64,000 bases of DNA from Eukaryota sp. TZLM1-RC. Lineage: Eukaryota; Protista; Metamonada: BaSk clade. Of this stretch, positions 43,530 through 54,989 are shown one piece after another. Both the position numbers and the translations under genes were made by a program. How positions within the stretch are numbered: position 1 is the first letter of the stretch; every line of letters starts with the position of its first letter. Below the pieces are notes generated by a model, which was given only the letters and a program-made list of their open reading frames with translations, did no database searches and was not told the origin of the DNA. The DNA lies in contig JAUPSS010000009.1 in assembly GCA_040285825.1 (NCBI GenBank), positions 372,001 through 436,000 of the forward strand, given 5' to 3'.

Positions 43530-44430
43530 AATTATCTTTATAAAAATATATGCAGCTCGGCTGTTTTAAATCAAGATCTTCACTCATTGTTGTTGAAAGG
43601 GTGTTTGTGAAAACAAGTCATCGGATTCTTCACTTTTTGTAACCATTGTACCACGATGATTTGGACTGTGTGCTACCAATGTGGCATTTGTCACAAAAAT
43701 GAGGTTATATTTGAATATTCCCATTAATCAATTATTATCAAACAAAATGTATTTGTTCGAATTCACCTCAGCTCACTTTGCGACATGCTCTGAATTGCTC
43801 TAATTTGATAACTTATCGTTCTTCATTACATGAAGCTGTTAGAGACACAGTTTTCAATATGGCACAAACTGCAAGAATATCGTGTATCAAAGAGCCTCTG
43901 CTGAAAGAAACATTGTCATTGAATAATTTTGGTTCTGATGTCAGAGGTGATGTATACTGTGATTGGATTGAGAAGTCTGAATCTGTTGTTGACTTTGTCT
44001 CCTGTAAAGTTGCAAATTACATTTTGGTTCAAACAAGAAAACTTAATCCTGTGAGTGGTCTTGAATTGAAAGCTAAAGAAAGATATAGAAAATATGACAA
44101 AGCTATCGAAGAAACCTAATGCTGATAGAAATAGACCACTTGTTTGTACTGCTTTTCTATTTTCGATAAACGGAAGACAATCAGTAGAAGCAGGAACTTT
44201 TTTGAATGATTTCCAAACAATGGTTCAAGAAAGAACAATGAAAAGATTAGATATTTTTTTATGGCGCTCTCAAATTCAATTTGCCATTATTAATAGATTA
44301 CCTCGGTTTTTTAATTGAATTAGAGAAGCTTTAGCTAGACAACAAGCAGATCAAGATTTTGTAGAGGAAATCTTGGTTGAATGATTTTCGTTCCATTATT
44401 TATGAGTTTATTTTGTTAAGTGTGCAAGTT
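43530..44430 (+). mobile_element. Subfamily-A non-LTR 3' fragment
   Basis: RHALNC...LHEAVRD, RGDV, VVDF, RKY; ends EEILVE*. Confidence 0.88.
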
Positions 44431-44829
44431 CAATCATCTTTCCAAAACACTAATTCATTTCATTTCAAAACTGCAGTTAGCGAATGCCAGCTCCTCATAT
44501 TGTTAGAGAACGTTTGGAGAAAGGTCAGCAAAAACAAACTTTTCGGTGAATGAAACTACTCAAAACTGCGGCAAAGCTTAAGAAATCGTTACCAAGTGCT
44601 CCAATCCGGTCATAAAAGAGCCTCAACAAGACAATCCACCAGCTATTTCTGAACATGAACAATCACCAGTTGAATCACAACCTCCCAAGGAAATCAAAAA
44701 GAAACGCAAAGTCAAGATTGATAAGAAGGGACGTCCAACACTATCTTCCCAGATTATTCTCATTTTAGATAAACTGGATAAGTAGTATGCTTCGTCGTTG
44801 AATTCATGAAAAGAAATGTGGTTTGATAA

Positions 44830-45932
44830 TGTTGTTGTTGAACTCAAATTGAATTAGTAGGTTTCTTTGTATTTCGACTGATGACGTGATACTCATTTAT
44901 GAATCAGTTTTATTAATAAACAACAGATTTCTCTCTCTCCTTCGTGTGTTCATCTGCCTAACGGCATCAATAATTATTGGCCCTTCTTATTCCAGATGAC
45001 TGTTCCTTCTGTCAACCTCCCGTCTCTTTCTTCCATGAAAGTTGAAAGTGTTCTCTTGTTCCTACAAGAGTGGAAGATCTATTCTTCTGTGACTTCTAAG
45101 AAAGAGCTTGTTCCAGCAAGACTCTTGGTCGATTCTTTTCTGTTAGAGTCCCTATCTCTCCAGAAATCCGACGTCTCTTCCAGTGACGATGTTCTTCTTA
45201 GATATCTTCAATCTGTCGTATCGTTCGCCATGTACGAAGATTTTAGTCTGGCTATGTTAGAACTGAAGCTTGATGTCCGTATTGGTGACGTCCGAGAACG
45301 TATGTCCTGTTACCTGCGACGTTTCCTCCAGGTAAAGAGTAGGGCTTCCGGACTGAAGTTACCAGACACAGCTTTTCTGAATCGATTTGCCAGAGGAATT
45401 CTTCCCGTAGGTCTTCAACGTTCTCTACTAGCGAGAATTCGAGATGATGTATTCCCAGATCTTCACTCTCTTGTCGAAACCACTACTGATGAGCTGTTGG
45501 ACTGCTCTAGGGTTGCTTCATGGACCCGTGGTTTCAAAACCTCAGTGAATGATGTGGAACGTACGGCTGGCACTAAAACGAGGTCCTCTTGGCGCTCTCA
45601 GGATTTAAAAAATCAATCGTGCTTCAAGTGCCACAAGCCTGGACACATCTCCCGCGATTGTCCATCTAAAATCAAACATGAGGTAAATTATTTGTGTCAC
45701 ACAAACGATGCACCAAAGAGTTTAACAAACCCCATATCTTTCCTCTATTGAGCCAGTACTGTATTTGTCCTCAGAAAAGTGGGAAAAAGTAGTGTTGTTG
45801 TTGCACTCAAATTGAATTAGTAGGTTTCTTTGTATTTCGACTGATGACGTGATACTCATTTATGAATCAGTTTTATTAATAAACAACAGATTTCTCTCTC
45901 TCCTTCGTGTGTTCATCTGCCTAACGGCATCA
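44830..45932 (+). mobile_element. Young gag-only LTR element (TR-GAG-like), 1103 bp
   Basis: 140-bp LTRs at 44830-44969 and 45793-45932 (one mismatch seen), TG..CA ends, ATAA on both flanks, polypurine tract AGAAAAGTGGGAAAAAGTAG before the 3' LTR. Confidence 0.93.
44996..45751 (+). CDS. Gag protein with CCHC zinc knuckle
   Basis: Intact 251 aa; CFKCHKPGHISRDC; YLRRF...FARG capsid-like motif. Confidence 0.88.
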   Translation: MTVPSVNLPSLSSMKVESVLLFLQEWKIYSSVTSKKELVPARLLVDSFLLESLSLQKSDVSSSDDVLLRYLQSVVSFAMYEDFSLAMLELKLDVRIGDVRERMSCYLRRFLQVKSRASGLKLPDTAFLNRFARGILPVGLQRSLLARIRDDVFPDLHSLVETTTDELLDCSRVASWTRGFKTSVNDVERTAGTKTRSSWRSQDLKNQSCFKCHKPGHISRDCPSKIKHEVNYLCHTNDAPKSLTNPISFLY

Positions 45933-46280
45933 ATAAACACACATTTTTCTTTACAAGCTATGTCAAAAACATTGTTCATACTGTTCAGACAAGAGCATCT
46001 GCTGTCCCAAATCGGTGTCCAAACTGAAATGAATTCATCACTTTAAGTGATTCACTTTATTGGTAAATTTCTTCAAGTAAAGTAAAGTGGATATTGTCCA
46101 GTGATATTTGAATTCTGTGTTTTTTACCTCAGAATGTTCAAAAAATTCCCAACAGATCAATTTCAAATTTACGTTTTTGACTGAGAACACTTCAGCACCA
46201 TCTGGTGATATTATATGAAAGCTTGGATTAGAAGTAAGACTCGCCTTCACCAAAACTGAAAATCTCGCTTTCGGAAATTA

Positions 46281-46543
46281 ACAAATCCCAGATTCCATAG
46301 AAGAGAGAAGACTCCTGTTATAACGTGTCATAATTTATTAGCTTGTAATAGTGAGAGTTGCAAACTCAGTAACAAAGGCTCAACAAAGCTGTTCAGCAGA
46401 AATAAGTTGGCTTGTCTGAACATGTTTGCAATTGCTGAAGCCAGAATGAGTGGTAATGAAAGGCCTCAATATCTGTGTAGTAGTTAGCTTTTGTAATTAT
46501 TCCACACAAAAATAGATCGTTTACTTATAGGAATTTCCCACAT
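46281..46543 (+). pseudogene. Fanzor1-like relic: Zn-finger second half, RuvC-III, C-terminus and conserved 3' tail
   Basis: 68 open codons, TNPRFHRREKTPVITCHNLLACNSESCKLSNKGSTKLFSRNKLACLNMFAIAEARMSGNERPQYLCSS* (stop 46485-87); homologous copy at 58516-58737. Confidence 0.8.
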
Positions 46544-46549
46544 GTTGAC

Positions 46550-49500
46550 ATGTTGACTGTGTCGGAATATGCTACTCTTGCGTCTTCATCCAGGGAGTTC
46601 TTTCCTAAAAAAGTCTATTTATCTGCTCATATAGATACACCCTCCAATCTATCAAAGAAGTCTAGCCACTGTGATCCTCAGAGCCGTCTCATCTTTTTTG
46701 AAAGAATCTCTCTTACTCCTTCTTCATGGATAGATAAACTCACCCAGCCACGTGTTGTGGGATGCCTACCCAATGCTGTTCTCATCACCCGTTCCTTTCA
46801 AGCACATGACCACCACCCTATCCACACAGTGATTCAGTTAGTGCAAGTAGTACCTGACAAACCTCCATTGGTTTCCAAGACTTTACTAGTTCATGAAGGC
46901 TTTTCTAACGTTGTATCAGCTTCCTTATCTCCTCAAATGGACCTTCTTGCTTTTACTGTCAGCTTTCCTCTTTCTGATGGTTCTATCGGTTATGACGCTT
47001 TTCTTGTCGAAACCACTCTTCTCCCCTCCTCAACCATACTTCCCTTCAGGTCCACCTCCACTTCTTTTCCTTTTATTTGTGCAATTTTCCTTCCCACTAC
47101 ATCTTCCTCAGGACCGATGATCAAGTCAAGGTTCGTCCTGGCTGGGGTCAAGATGTCACGTTTTGTGACTGCAACCTGTATTACCACTATCAAGACTGAG
47201 AACAAGTACCGTCAGCTTGTGGACCTCCCAAAGATGACTTCAAATTTTATTTCGTCGTTTGGTAGTAGTAACACCCAAAATAGTCTAACAACTACGTGGT
47301 TTTCTCTACTTTCCACGGTAAATGACTCTCCTTCTATTGATTTGGGTTTGATTGTTTCTGATGAGGGTCAGAAGGAAACCATGACGTTTATGATGATTCG
47401 ATTGGATCAAAGTGAGCCCAAACTATTGTTTACCCAAAATATTTGTAATTTTCACCAATATTTCAACCCTGATCCTCCAGTGATCCCTATTCACAATTCA
47501 CCGCTCTACACATCACCATCTTCCAGCACAATACAATTACTCCGATTAGACCCTTATCAGTCCCCCGTTAGCACCACTTTTGCTGTAACCAGTGTGATTC
47601 CTAGCTCCTTTGGTTCAGTTCATAGGATATACGATTGTACTTTGTTAATACCCTCTACAAACAGTCAGATTTCTTATGAAGTCAAGACGAATAATGACCT
47701 ATTAGAACTTCCCTATTTTTCTCAATTACCAAACAATTTAATCGCCTTGGTTAATCCAAGTGTTTGTTTCCAAATCATAGACCCAGCTTCCTGTGTATCT
47801 CTTGCTGACGTGAGTTGCCTTTCTGGGGGTGGAGAAGTAAGTCTTTACAGAAGCAGAGTGGTTGATGGCCTCAAGGTCAAGTATTGTGAGGCGAAGAATG
47901 GTGGGTTTGTTTTATTGCAAGGATTTTTTGATTATTCGATGTGTTTTTTGTTGAAAGATTCGGTTATTTATTCAGTCAAGTTTGGTCTTGACTCGGTCGT
48001 GCAAAGTCTTGAGGATTTTGACCCTGCTGACGTGCCCAAGTTGGTTCATCTTTCTCTATTTCATTCCAACAATGAGAATCGTTTTTCCAAATTAATTGAC
48101 AGAATTTGTGAAGCATTTCCTCATTATTTGACTATTGCTACTTTAAACGAAATTCTTTTTGGATTAGCTTATTCTAATTTTAAAAAATGCATCAATCTGG
48201 AACATTCTCATACCGATAATCAAGCTCATGCTGACGTCAGCAACTTGATCTCTTCGTGTCTGTCGGTGATCCCAATCACTTGTCTGACACGACCTTCATT
48301 AATGAAAGATTCAGTTGAGAAAGGGGTAAAAACTTCTCAATCAATCAATTCTGATCTACATAGTCATGAAAAGTCTTTGACATTCGCTGATTTCGCTCAA
48401 TCAATTCCACTTCTTGAATCGCTTAAATTAGATTTTCTCAAGAATTCAACGGAAAACTCCCAAAACATTGACGACTTGGCTTCAGAAACACTCTCCATGA
48501 AATCACTCAAATCACAAGAATCTTTTAGGACTGCTTTTTCACCTATTTCCAGCCCAGTCCGGTCAAGTCAACGAAGAAGTCTTGATACTTCTGGTTCTAT
48601 CACGTCACCACGGTCACAAACACCAAGAAGTCTCAAGAAGTCTTTTGTGCCGGGAATTGGGTTAAAGAATGTTTCTAATGCTCTTTCAGATTTTCATTTA
48701 CCAAATTCTGTGCCTCTATTCGTAGTGTCAACACCTTTTTCTGAAAATTATTATTTTAAAAAATTCAAAAAAAACCTAAACGACGATAGAAAACCACCCC
48801 GTTCGCCTTATAAGTCTATACTAAACCAACAGTCGAATTCTCTTACCCTAACCAATGTTTTTGAAGGTATTTTCAGTTGGTTGACAAGGGTGAAACAGTC
48901 AAAACATTCGTTTTTTTCCAAAAGAAAGGATTATTCCACTTTTATATCAAGGATGGTTGCATTATATCTTTCAAGGTTGAGTCTTGCAATTGACAAGACT
49001 TATTCAATCATTCTGCAATCAATATCGTCATCAATAGTCAAATTCGACATCCTGGAAAGTTTTTTTTCTATTTTAAAATCTAATTTACTATCAATTCCTC
49101 CTTTAATGACCTCTCAACTGAGTTCCCTTTCTCCAAGAGTTTTACCAAAATCTTTGTTTTTCCAATTTTTAACTTTTGGAATTGTTGTTCCACCTGATGG
49201 GTTATTGGATGAAAATAGGGAAGAGAATTCCAACGAATTCCAGGATGAAACTACTGTTATTTCTTCTCCAGTCACGAGTGGTCTTGAACAGTCGGCGGTA
49301 AGTGTCAATCAATCATTTGTCGATGAGTCATTAACATTTACCGAAAATTTTACCTTTTATGACACGCCACAGTCATTCAGGTCCCCTGTTTCATCAGGAG
49401 ATGGTGTTGGGTTTCAATCATTTACTACCGCATCAGGTCAAAATGTGACGTCATCTGACAGTTCACTTTCCTTTGAGAGTTTTGACGAAATATCTGTTAC

Positions 49501-50146
49501 TCCTTCCCCAATGGTTAACAATTCAAATGACAATAAATGCGAAAATTTGAGTCTTGTTTCGTCATTGAGCTGTTCTCGCCAGATCTTGAGCTCTTTCTCG
49601 TCCCATTCAGTACCAACACCTTCCCAAATTGAAGGAATATCTCCCGTCATTGCGTCTTCTGATCCCCGAACTGATCTAGTTCTCCTGTCGAAGCTCCCGG
49701 TTGTAGGCCAAATTTTCCCTCAAATGTCAAGTTTGGGATCAAAAAAGGATCAATTTTGGTCTAGATTTTTGACCCTGCTGGAAAGATCTGGCCATGATGT
49801 TGAAGTTCAATCTTCTTTGTTAATGTTGAATAGATATTTACTGAGGTTTTCTGATACTTTTAGTCAATCAAAGTCAAACGAACATGGTTCTACTCCTTTT
49901 GTTTATGATCATTGTTTCGAACCTGTCTACTCACTTATTAACTCAGTTTTGGAATCAGATTTTCTAGAAATTTATTCCAAATTAGAGGGTGCTTCTGATT
50001 ACCAAATTCTGCTGCAACGATTCAAGAAGAGGGTCAATAATTTATTGAATCTGGAAGAATCTGAAAGGATTGACAGGGCTAATTTGGTTGAATCATCTTT
50101 AGGTGCTTTTTTTGACTTGGATTCTTTGCTGGAAGAACTAAGTTAA
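46550..50146 (+). CDS. Large protein with a GSAP/pigeon-like N-terminal region
   Basis: Intact 1198 aa; NVVSASLSPQMDLLAFTV...YDAFLVE resembles the GSAP N-terminus; Ser-rich linkers. Confidence 0.5.
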   Translation: MLTVSEYATLASSSREFFPKKVYLSAHIDTPSNLSKKSSHCDPQSRLIFFERISLTPSSWIDKLTQPRVVGCLPNAVLITRSFQAHDHHPIHTVIQLVQVVPDKPPLVSKTLLVHEGFSNVVSASLSPQMDLLAFTVSFPLSDGSIGYDAFLVETTLLPSSTILPFRSTSTSFPFICAIFLPTTSSSGPMIKSRFVLAGVKMSRFVTATCITTIKTENKYRQLVDLPKMTSNFISSFGSSNTQNSLTTTWFSLLSTVNDSPSIDLGLIVSDEGQKETMTFMMIRLDQSEPKLLFTQNICNFHQYFNPDPPVIPIHNSPLYTSPSSSTIQLLRLDPYQSPVSTTFAVTSVIPSSFGSVHRIYDCTLLIPSTNSQISYEVKTNNDLLELPYFSQLPNNLIALVNPSVCFQIIDPASCVSLADVSCLSGGGEVSLYRSRVVDGLKVKYCEAKNGGFVLLQGFFDYSMCFLLKDSVIYSVKFGLDSVVQSLEDFDPADVPKLVHLSLFHSNNENRFSKLIDRICEAFPHYLTIATLNEILFGLAYSNFKKCINLEHSHTDNQAHADVSNLISSCLSVIPITCLTRPSLMKDSVEKGVKTSQSINSDLHSHEKSLTFADFAQSIPLLESLKLDFLKNSTENSQNIDDLASETLSMKSLKSQESFRTAFSPISSPVRSSQRRSLDTSGSITSPRSQTPRSLKKSFVPGIGLKNVSNALSDFHLPNSVPLFVVSTPFSENYYFKKFKKNLNDDRKPPRSPYKSILNQQSNSLTLTNVFEGIFSWLTRVKQSKHSFFSKRKDYSTFISRMVALYLSRLSLAIDKTYSIILQSISSSIVKFDILESFFSILKSNLLSIPPLMTSQLSSLSPRVLPKSLFFQFLTFGIVVPPDGLLDENREENSNEFQDETTVISSPVTSGLEQSAVSVNQSFVDESLTFTENFTFYDTPQSFRSPVSSGDGVGFQSFTTASGQNVTSSDSSLSFESFDEISVTPSPMVNNSNDNKCENLSLVSSLSCSRQILSSFSSHSVPTPSQIEGISPVIASSDPRTDLVLLSKLPVVGQIFPQMSSLGSKKDQFWSRFLTLLERSGHDVEVQSSLLMLNRYLLRFSDTFSQSKSNEHGSTPFVYDHCFEPVYSLINSVLESDFLEIYSKLEGASDYQILLQRFKKRVNNLLNLEESERIDRANLVESSLGAFFDLDSLLEELS

Positions 50147-50284
50147 TTTATTTGGAGGTGTTATTGCTCTATTGGGTTTTTGTAAATATTTTTAGCTATT
50201 TTCCATAAATTATTGATGTAGACGTTATCTATTTTCTATTCAATTGAACCTAAGTTTTCAATAATTCTTTTTTTAACTGAAATA

Positions 50285-51320
50285 TTTATTGAGAAAAAAA
50301 ATCTATCTAGAATTCAATATCCTCCAAACAAGCGTCACTATTACTAAACCTACTCACAGCATTACGTTCATATTCTACACCAATAGCTCAAAGTGCCTTT
50401 GAAATCATTGTTGGAATAGACTTGAAAATGCACAAAACAATTCTATCTAACCAGAAAGTAAAATTCATTGTTTTACCAGACCTATTCAGTAACACTTTGA
50501 AATTTTCAAAAAAGTGCAACCCCGAAGGTCCAATATTGCCAAAAAAAAGAAATTGCAAACGGCACATACTGGTATTTCACATGTTCCACTCTACCTAACT
50601 GTGCCAAAGGTTCTTCATATTTTTTTATCTTCTTTTTTTTCGGCGTTAGATAACGGCGAATCAGCGGAATACACTAAACGAGCAGTAGAATTTTTGCAAA
50701 CATCAACTGAGACAATATCTACAACATTGAGAACACCTTCATCCCTGGAGCTACTAAATCTGCCCTTCTTTTACCAAAGGAATCATCAGTTGATCTGAAG
50801 ACAGCTTACGTACTAATGGCTCAATAAATGCCTCTATGTCGAAACTTTTGCACATGGCATAAAATTGATCACGAACTGAGTCATGAACAATTGAGCGATA
50901 AGTTATGAAATACTTACAGTGTAAAATGTGGGAAAGTGTAACAACACTCTTGCAGCGACAAATTAAATCATTTGGGAAAGAACAAAGCCATAGAAAACAT
51001 CTCATTCTCATTGCAGTGGTCCATTGGTGATCATTAAGTAGAAGGCCATAAATGTTGGGAATTCGGGAGATTATGCAACTTGAGCAATTGTCTTCAGGAT
51101 CAATCAAAATGTTTGCAAAAACGGGATATTTTTCTTTAGCCAAGCTAAGACGTACAATATAATCCAAGTTTTCTAAAACTTTCAAGAGCCTTTTCTGCAA
51201 TTTTGCAAAAGTCAGTGGTAAGGAGAGCAAGCTACTTGGAGGAAGTTCCACAATATCAGAGGGGAAACATTTTAATCAAATATTGGGTAAAAGAGTTTCA
51301 AATAATTGAAGTACTTTCAA
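50285..51320 (-). mobile_element. Subfamily-F non-LTR 3' portion (thumb plus RLE)
   Basis: CRC...HILHC...VHDSVRD, RADL, ends ACLEDIEF*, AATAAA. Confidence 0.85.
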
Positions 51321-51377
51321 CAACTACTGTTTGAACATATTGATGATAATTACTCTCAGCAACACATTTGTTCAGTA

Positions 51378-51451
51378 GTTTCCGTGGTCTAGCTGGTTAG
51401 GATATTCGCTTTACACGCGAATGGTCCCGGGTTCGAGCCCCGGCGGGAACA
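51378..51451 (+). tRNA. tRNA-Val (anticodon TAC)
   Basis: Acceptor stem GTTTCCG/CGGGAAC, anticodon arm TTCGC-TTTACAC-GCGAA, T-loop GTTCGAG, T4 downstream. Confidence 0.97.
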
Positions 51452-51744
51452 ATTTTAATCATCAATGAATACACATGACAACACATGTTCGAACGCCTGT
51501 GTTCAACATGTACTAAACACGTCACACTGAATCTCAATTCTCTTACTATCCACAACCCCAACAATGGCCCCAACAAGACATCCTGTCTTTGACAGACGGA
51601 TCTTGAACAACTTTTGTTAGATCCGTGTCATCACGGAAATCTTGGTTCAATGATATTCGTCCCATTAGTTATGAATTAATTTAATTAAGTGTACATGTCA
51701 ATAAATATTTACTTTTTGAACTATGTTAAGGAAAGAGAAAAGTA

Positions 51745-52045
51745 AATTAGCCTGATTGTATTCATTTAACAAGAAATATGAAAACATGAAATTCACAACT
51801 AAAATTCCACATCCAAAGAACCCACTCATTGTTTTTTAACAGAAGTCCAAAAACAGAAGGAATTGGAGTTACCAAAAGCAGCAGCAGAACTATCACGAAT
51901 GTCCTTTAAAAAATTACCGAAAGCGGGATTTTTTGTTTTCGCCAAGGCAAGGCTTACTTCATAATCCAAGCCTTCATATAATTTGACCAGATGGTGCTGA
52001 AGCTCTTTCAGGCAAAAATGTAAATTTGTAAGTGAATCACTAGCC
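51745..52045 (-). mobile_element. Subfamily-D fragment with a large internal deletion
   Basis: Matches 14355-14560 joined directly to the 3' end at 13460-13505. Confidence 0.7.
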
Positions 52046-52239
52046 TGAGTTGAGGTTTTTACGTAAACAACAATAACTGAAAGTTGCAGAAAAGCGCATA
52101 GGTGTGAGAACACCGCATAAGTACTGTCATATCTTATAAACACGTGTTTTTCACACGTGTTCGAACACCGATGTTCCAGCACGTACCGTGTTTTGTCCAC
52201 TATGGTATGAAGATTGAAATTCACTTTTGAGATATTTTT

Positions 52240-53495
52240 ATTGAACTACAACACTTAATTAAAAAAATATAAAATAAAAATGATCAGAACCAATGGGACT
52301 AAATTTGATGAACCATGATTTCCTCCACACAAACCTGTTCTGCTTGTTTTCTCGCCATTGCCTCTCTTATGCGATAAAAAAACCGAGGCAGTCTTCTAAT
52401 TATTGCAAATTGAATTAACGACCCGCACAAAAAGACATCAAATTTCTTCATTGTTTTTTTGAACAAATTTTTGGAAATCATTAAATAAAATTCTACTGAT
52501 AGTCTTTCGTTTTTAGAGAATGGAAAAACAATAAAACTAGTAATCGTTTCCAATCAAAATCGACGTCTTCGATATCTTCGTCATATTTTCTATGTTTTTC
52601 ATTCCCTTTAAATTCGAGAGCTTTTACTGGATTGAATTTCCTTTTTTGAACCAAAGTGTTATTCGCAACATTACAGGAGACAAAATCAACAAGAAAATCA
52701 GAGTTATCAATCCAATCACAGTACATATCTCCTCTATAATCAGAACCAAAATTATTCAATGACAGTGTTTCTTTCAGCAGAGGTTCTTTGATACACAAGA
52801 TTCTTACAGTTTGTGTCATATTAAAAACAGTGTTTCTGACAGCATCATGGAATGACGAACGATAAGTTATCAATTTCGAACAATTCAGAGCATGTCGCAA
52901 AGTGAGCTGAGGTGAATTCGAACAAATACATTTTGTTTGATAAGAATTGATTAATGGGAATATTCAAATATACCTCATTTTTGTGACAAATGCTACATTG
53001 GTAGCACACAGTCCAAATCATCGTGGTACAATGGTTACAAAAAGTGAAGAATCCGATGACTTGTTTTCACAAACACCCTTTCAACAACAATGAGTGAAGA
53101 CCTTGATTTAAAACAGCCGAGCTGCATATATTATTATAAAGATCATTTTCATAAATTCCAGTCAATCGTTTCTGTAATGTTCGAAGAGTGTATTTTGAAT
53201 TTGAAAGATTCGTTTCTGGACTATTGCCATCGAATGATTGGGAATTGCATCGACCTTATTTTTCTACATTAATTTTTGAAATTTCTTCATTTAATGCAAA
53301 AACAGTGGAACTTTGCGTTGTCATCAATAAATCTTCCCAATCTGCCAATCTTTCGGAAAACTCAAAGATTGCATTTCTGCATCCACCAACAAAAGCACAC
53401 GATGTAAGAATAGAAGCCTTCGTCCACCCTATACCGCCATAATGAGGACTAAGATAGGCATGATCTGTAATTTGGAACATTTTACATCCCAGTAA
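52240..53495 (-). mobile_element. Subfamily-A non-LTR 3' portion
   Basis: YGGIGW, RHALNC...FHDAVR, RGDM, LVDF, KHRKY. Confidence 0.88.
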
Positions 53496-53514
53496 TTGCG
53501 ACAATACTTTTGCA

Positions 53515-53790
53515 CGTTATTCATTAAACTTCTGGGCCAATGGCCTAGTGATAAGAAAATTAGTGGATCAAAATATATGATTACAGTTGGAATTAAAAGC
53601 GATACATCCCATATAACTTTTATTAAATTTATTGTAAACTTTCGAAAACTTATTGAAAAGGCGATAGAAGATAGAGGACTTACCTGTAATGGAACACGTA
53701 TTGGAGGCCTCAAAGAATATACAGCTTTGCAACATTCACAAAAACGTAATGGTCGGCCAGAAGAATTAATTTCCAGAGAAATGAAATCGA
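53515..53790 (+). pseudogene. Possible heavily deleted Fanzor1-like relic
   Basis: In order: IKLLGQWPSDKKISG (++GxW), DRGLTC, then with frameshifts WNT(Y)LEASKNI and NGRPEEL. Confidence 0.4.
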
Positions 53791-53799
53791 ATGCCTCTC

Positions 53800-54833
53800 T
53801 CCTCAAAAATCATCCAAATGCTTCTCTACCGATGTTCAAGAAATTTCACCCAGAAGTTTGATTTGTTTAAGATTTACGTACTCCAAATTGCAGAAAAAAA
53901 TTCTAAATGTGTTTGAAAATATGGATTTTACTGTACGTCTCAGCTTGGCTAAGGAAAAGAATCCCGTTTTTGCCAACTTTTTAATTGATTTTCAGGAAAG
54001 TAGCTCAAGTTCTCTCATTTCCCAAATTCCAAATGTTTATGGTCTATTGTTAGATGACCACCAATGGACAACTGTCTTTAGAAAGATGTGTTTCTGTGGC
54101 CAGGCAGTGTGCCAACTGCTTTAATTTGTTGTTGTGGTCAGCTCATCAATCTAAATCATTTATTCCATTGTAAATTTGATATTACAAATCGCTCAATTGC
54201 TCATGATGCTGTTAGAGACCAACTATGTGCAAATGTCACCACATTGAAGCGCTTGTTGAACCACTTCTGCGTAAGTTGTCACCTGAAAATGAAGAAAAAA
54301 TACTTTGGGAAAAACGCCGTGCTGATTTAAGTACTCCTGGGTCTGATGGTGTGATCAAAGTTGTGGCTGTTTTCACTGCTGATGTTTGCAAGGATTCAGC
54401 AATTGATTTTGCCAATGAAGACGAAACTGCTCTCTGCTTTGCTGAAAAGAGTAAAATCAAAAAGTACAATGAGCCTTTGCCTCAGCTAGGACGTGTTGAG
54501 CATGTCAAGTATCAGCTGGTTCCATTTGCTGTTTCTCTTTTTGGTACCATTGGAATATCTGGAATTAAATTTCTCGAAGGTTTTAGAAGTTTAATAATAA
54601 AAGAGTGGGAAAAGAATTGAACTTCAATTTTTCGCACAATAGAATTGTTTTCAGTATACTTACAGTAATTCCATAATTGCTGACCATAGCTCTGTCACAG
54701 TTTGGAATGGAGCATGAAAATCGCGCGCTCAAGAGATTTGATGATGTTGATGTGTGTATTGACGATATTGAGTTCTACTAGTTTCTTTCAATTTGTTACT
54801 GTTGAAAATAACAGGATTTGCAGTCAAAAAAAA
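53800..54833 (+). mobile_element. Subfamily-E non-LTR 3' portion
   Basis: CCC...HLFHC...AHDAVRD, RADL, KIKKY, VPFAVSLFG, ...DDIEF; A8 tail. Confidence 0.87.
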
Positions 54834-54915
54834 GTTTCGACACCGCTATTTGTGAATCATATAACAACAATAGGAATATGTCTATATCTATATCTATCAA
54901 TAGGTGAATGAAAAA

Positions 54916-54989
54916 TGTTCCCGCCGGGGCTCGAACCCGGGACCATTCGCGTGTAAAGCGAATATCCTAACCAACTAGACCACGGGAAC
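54916..54989 (-). tRNA. tRNA-Val (anticodon TAC)
   Basis: Differs from 51378-51451 at two positions; T5 terminator follows. Confidence 0.97.
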
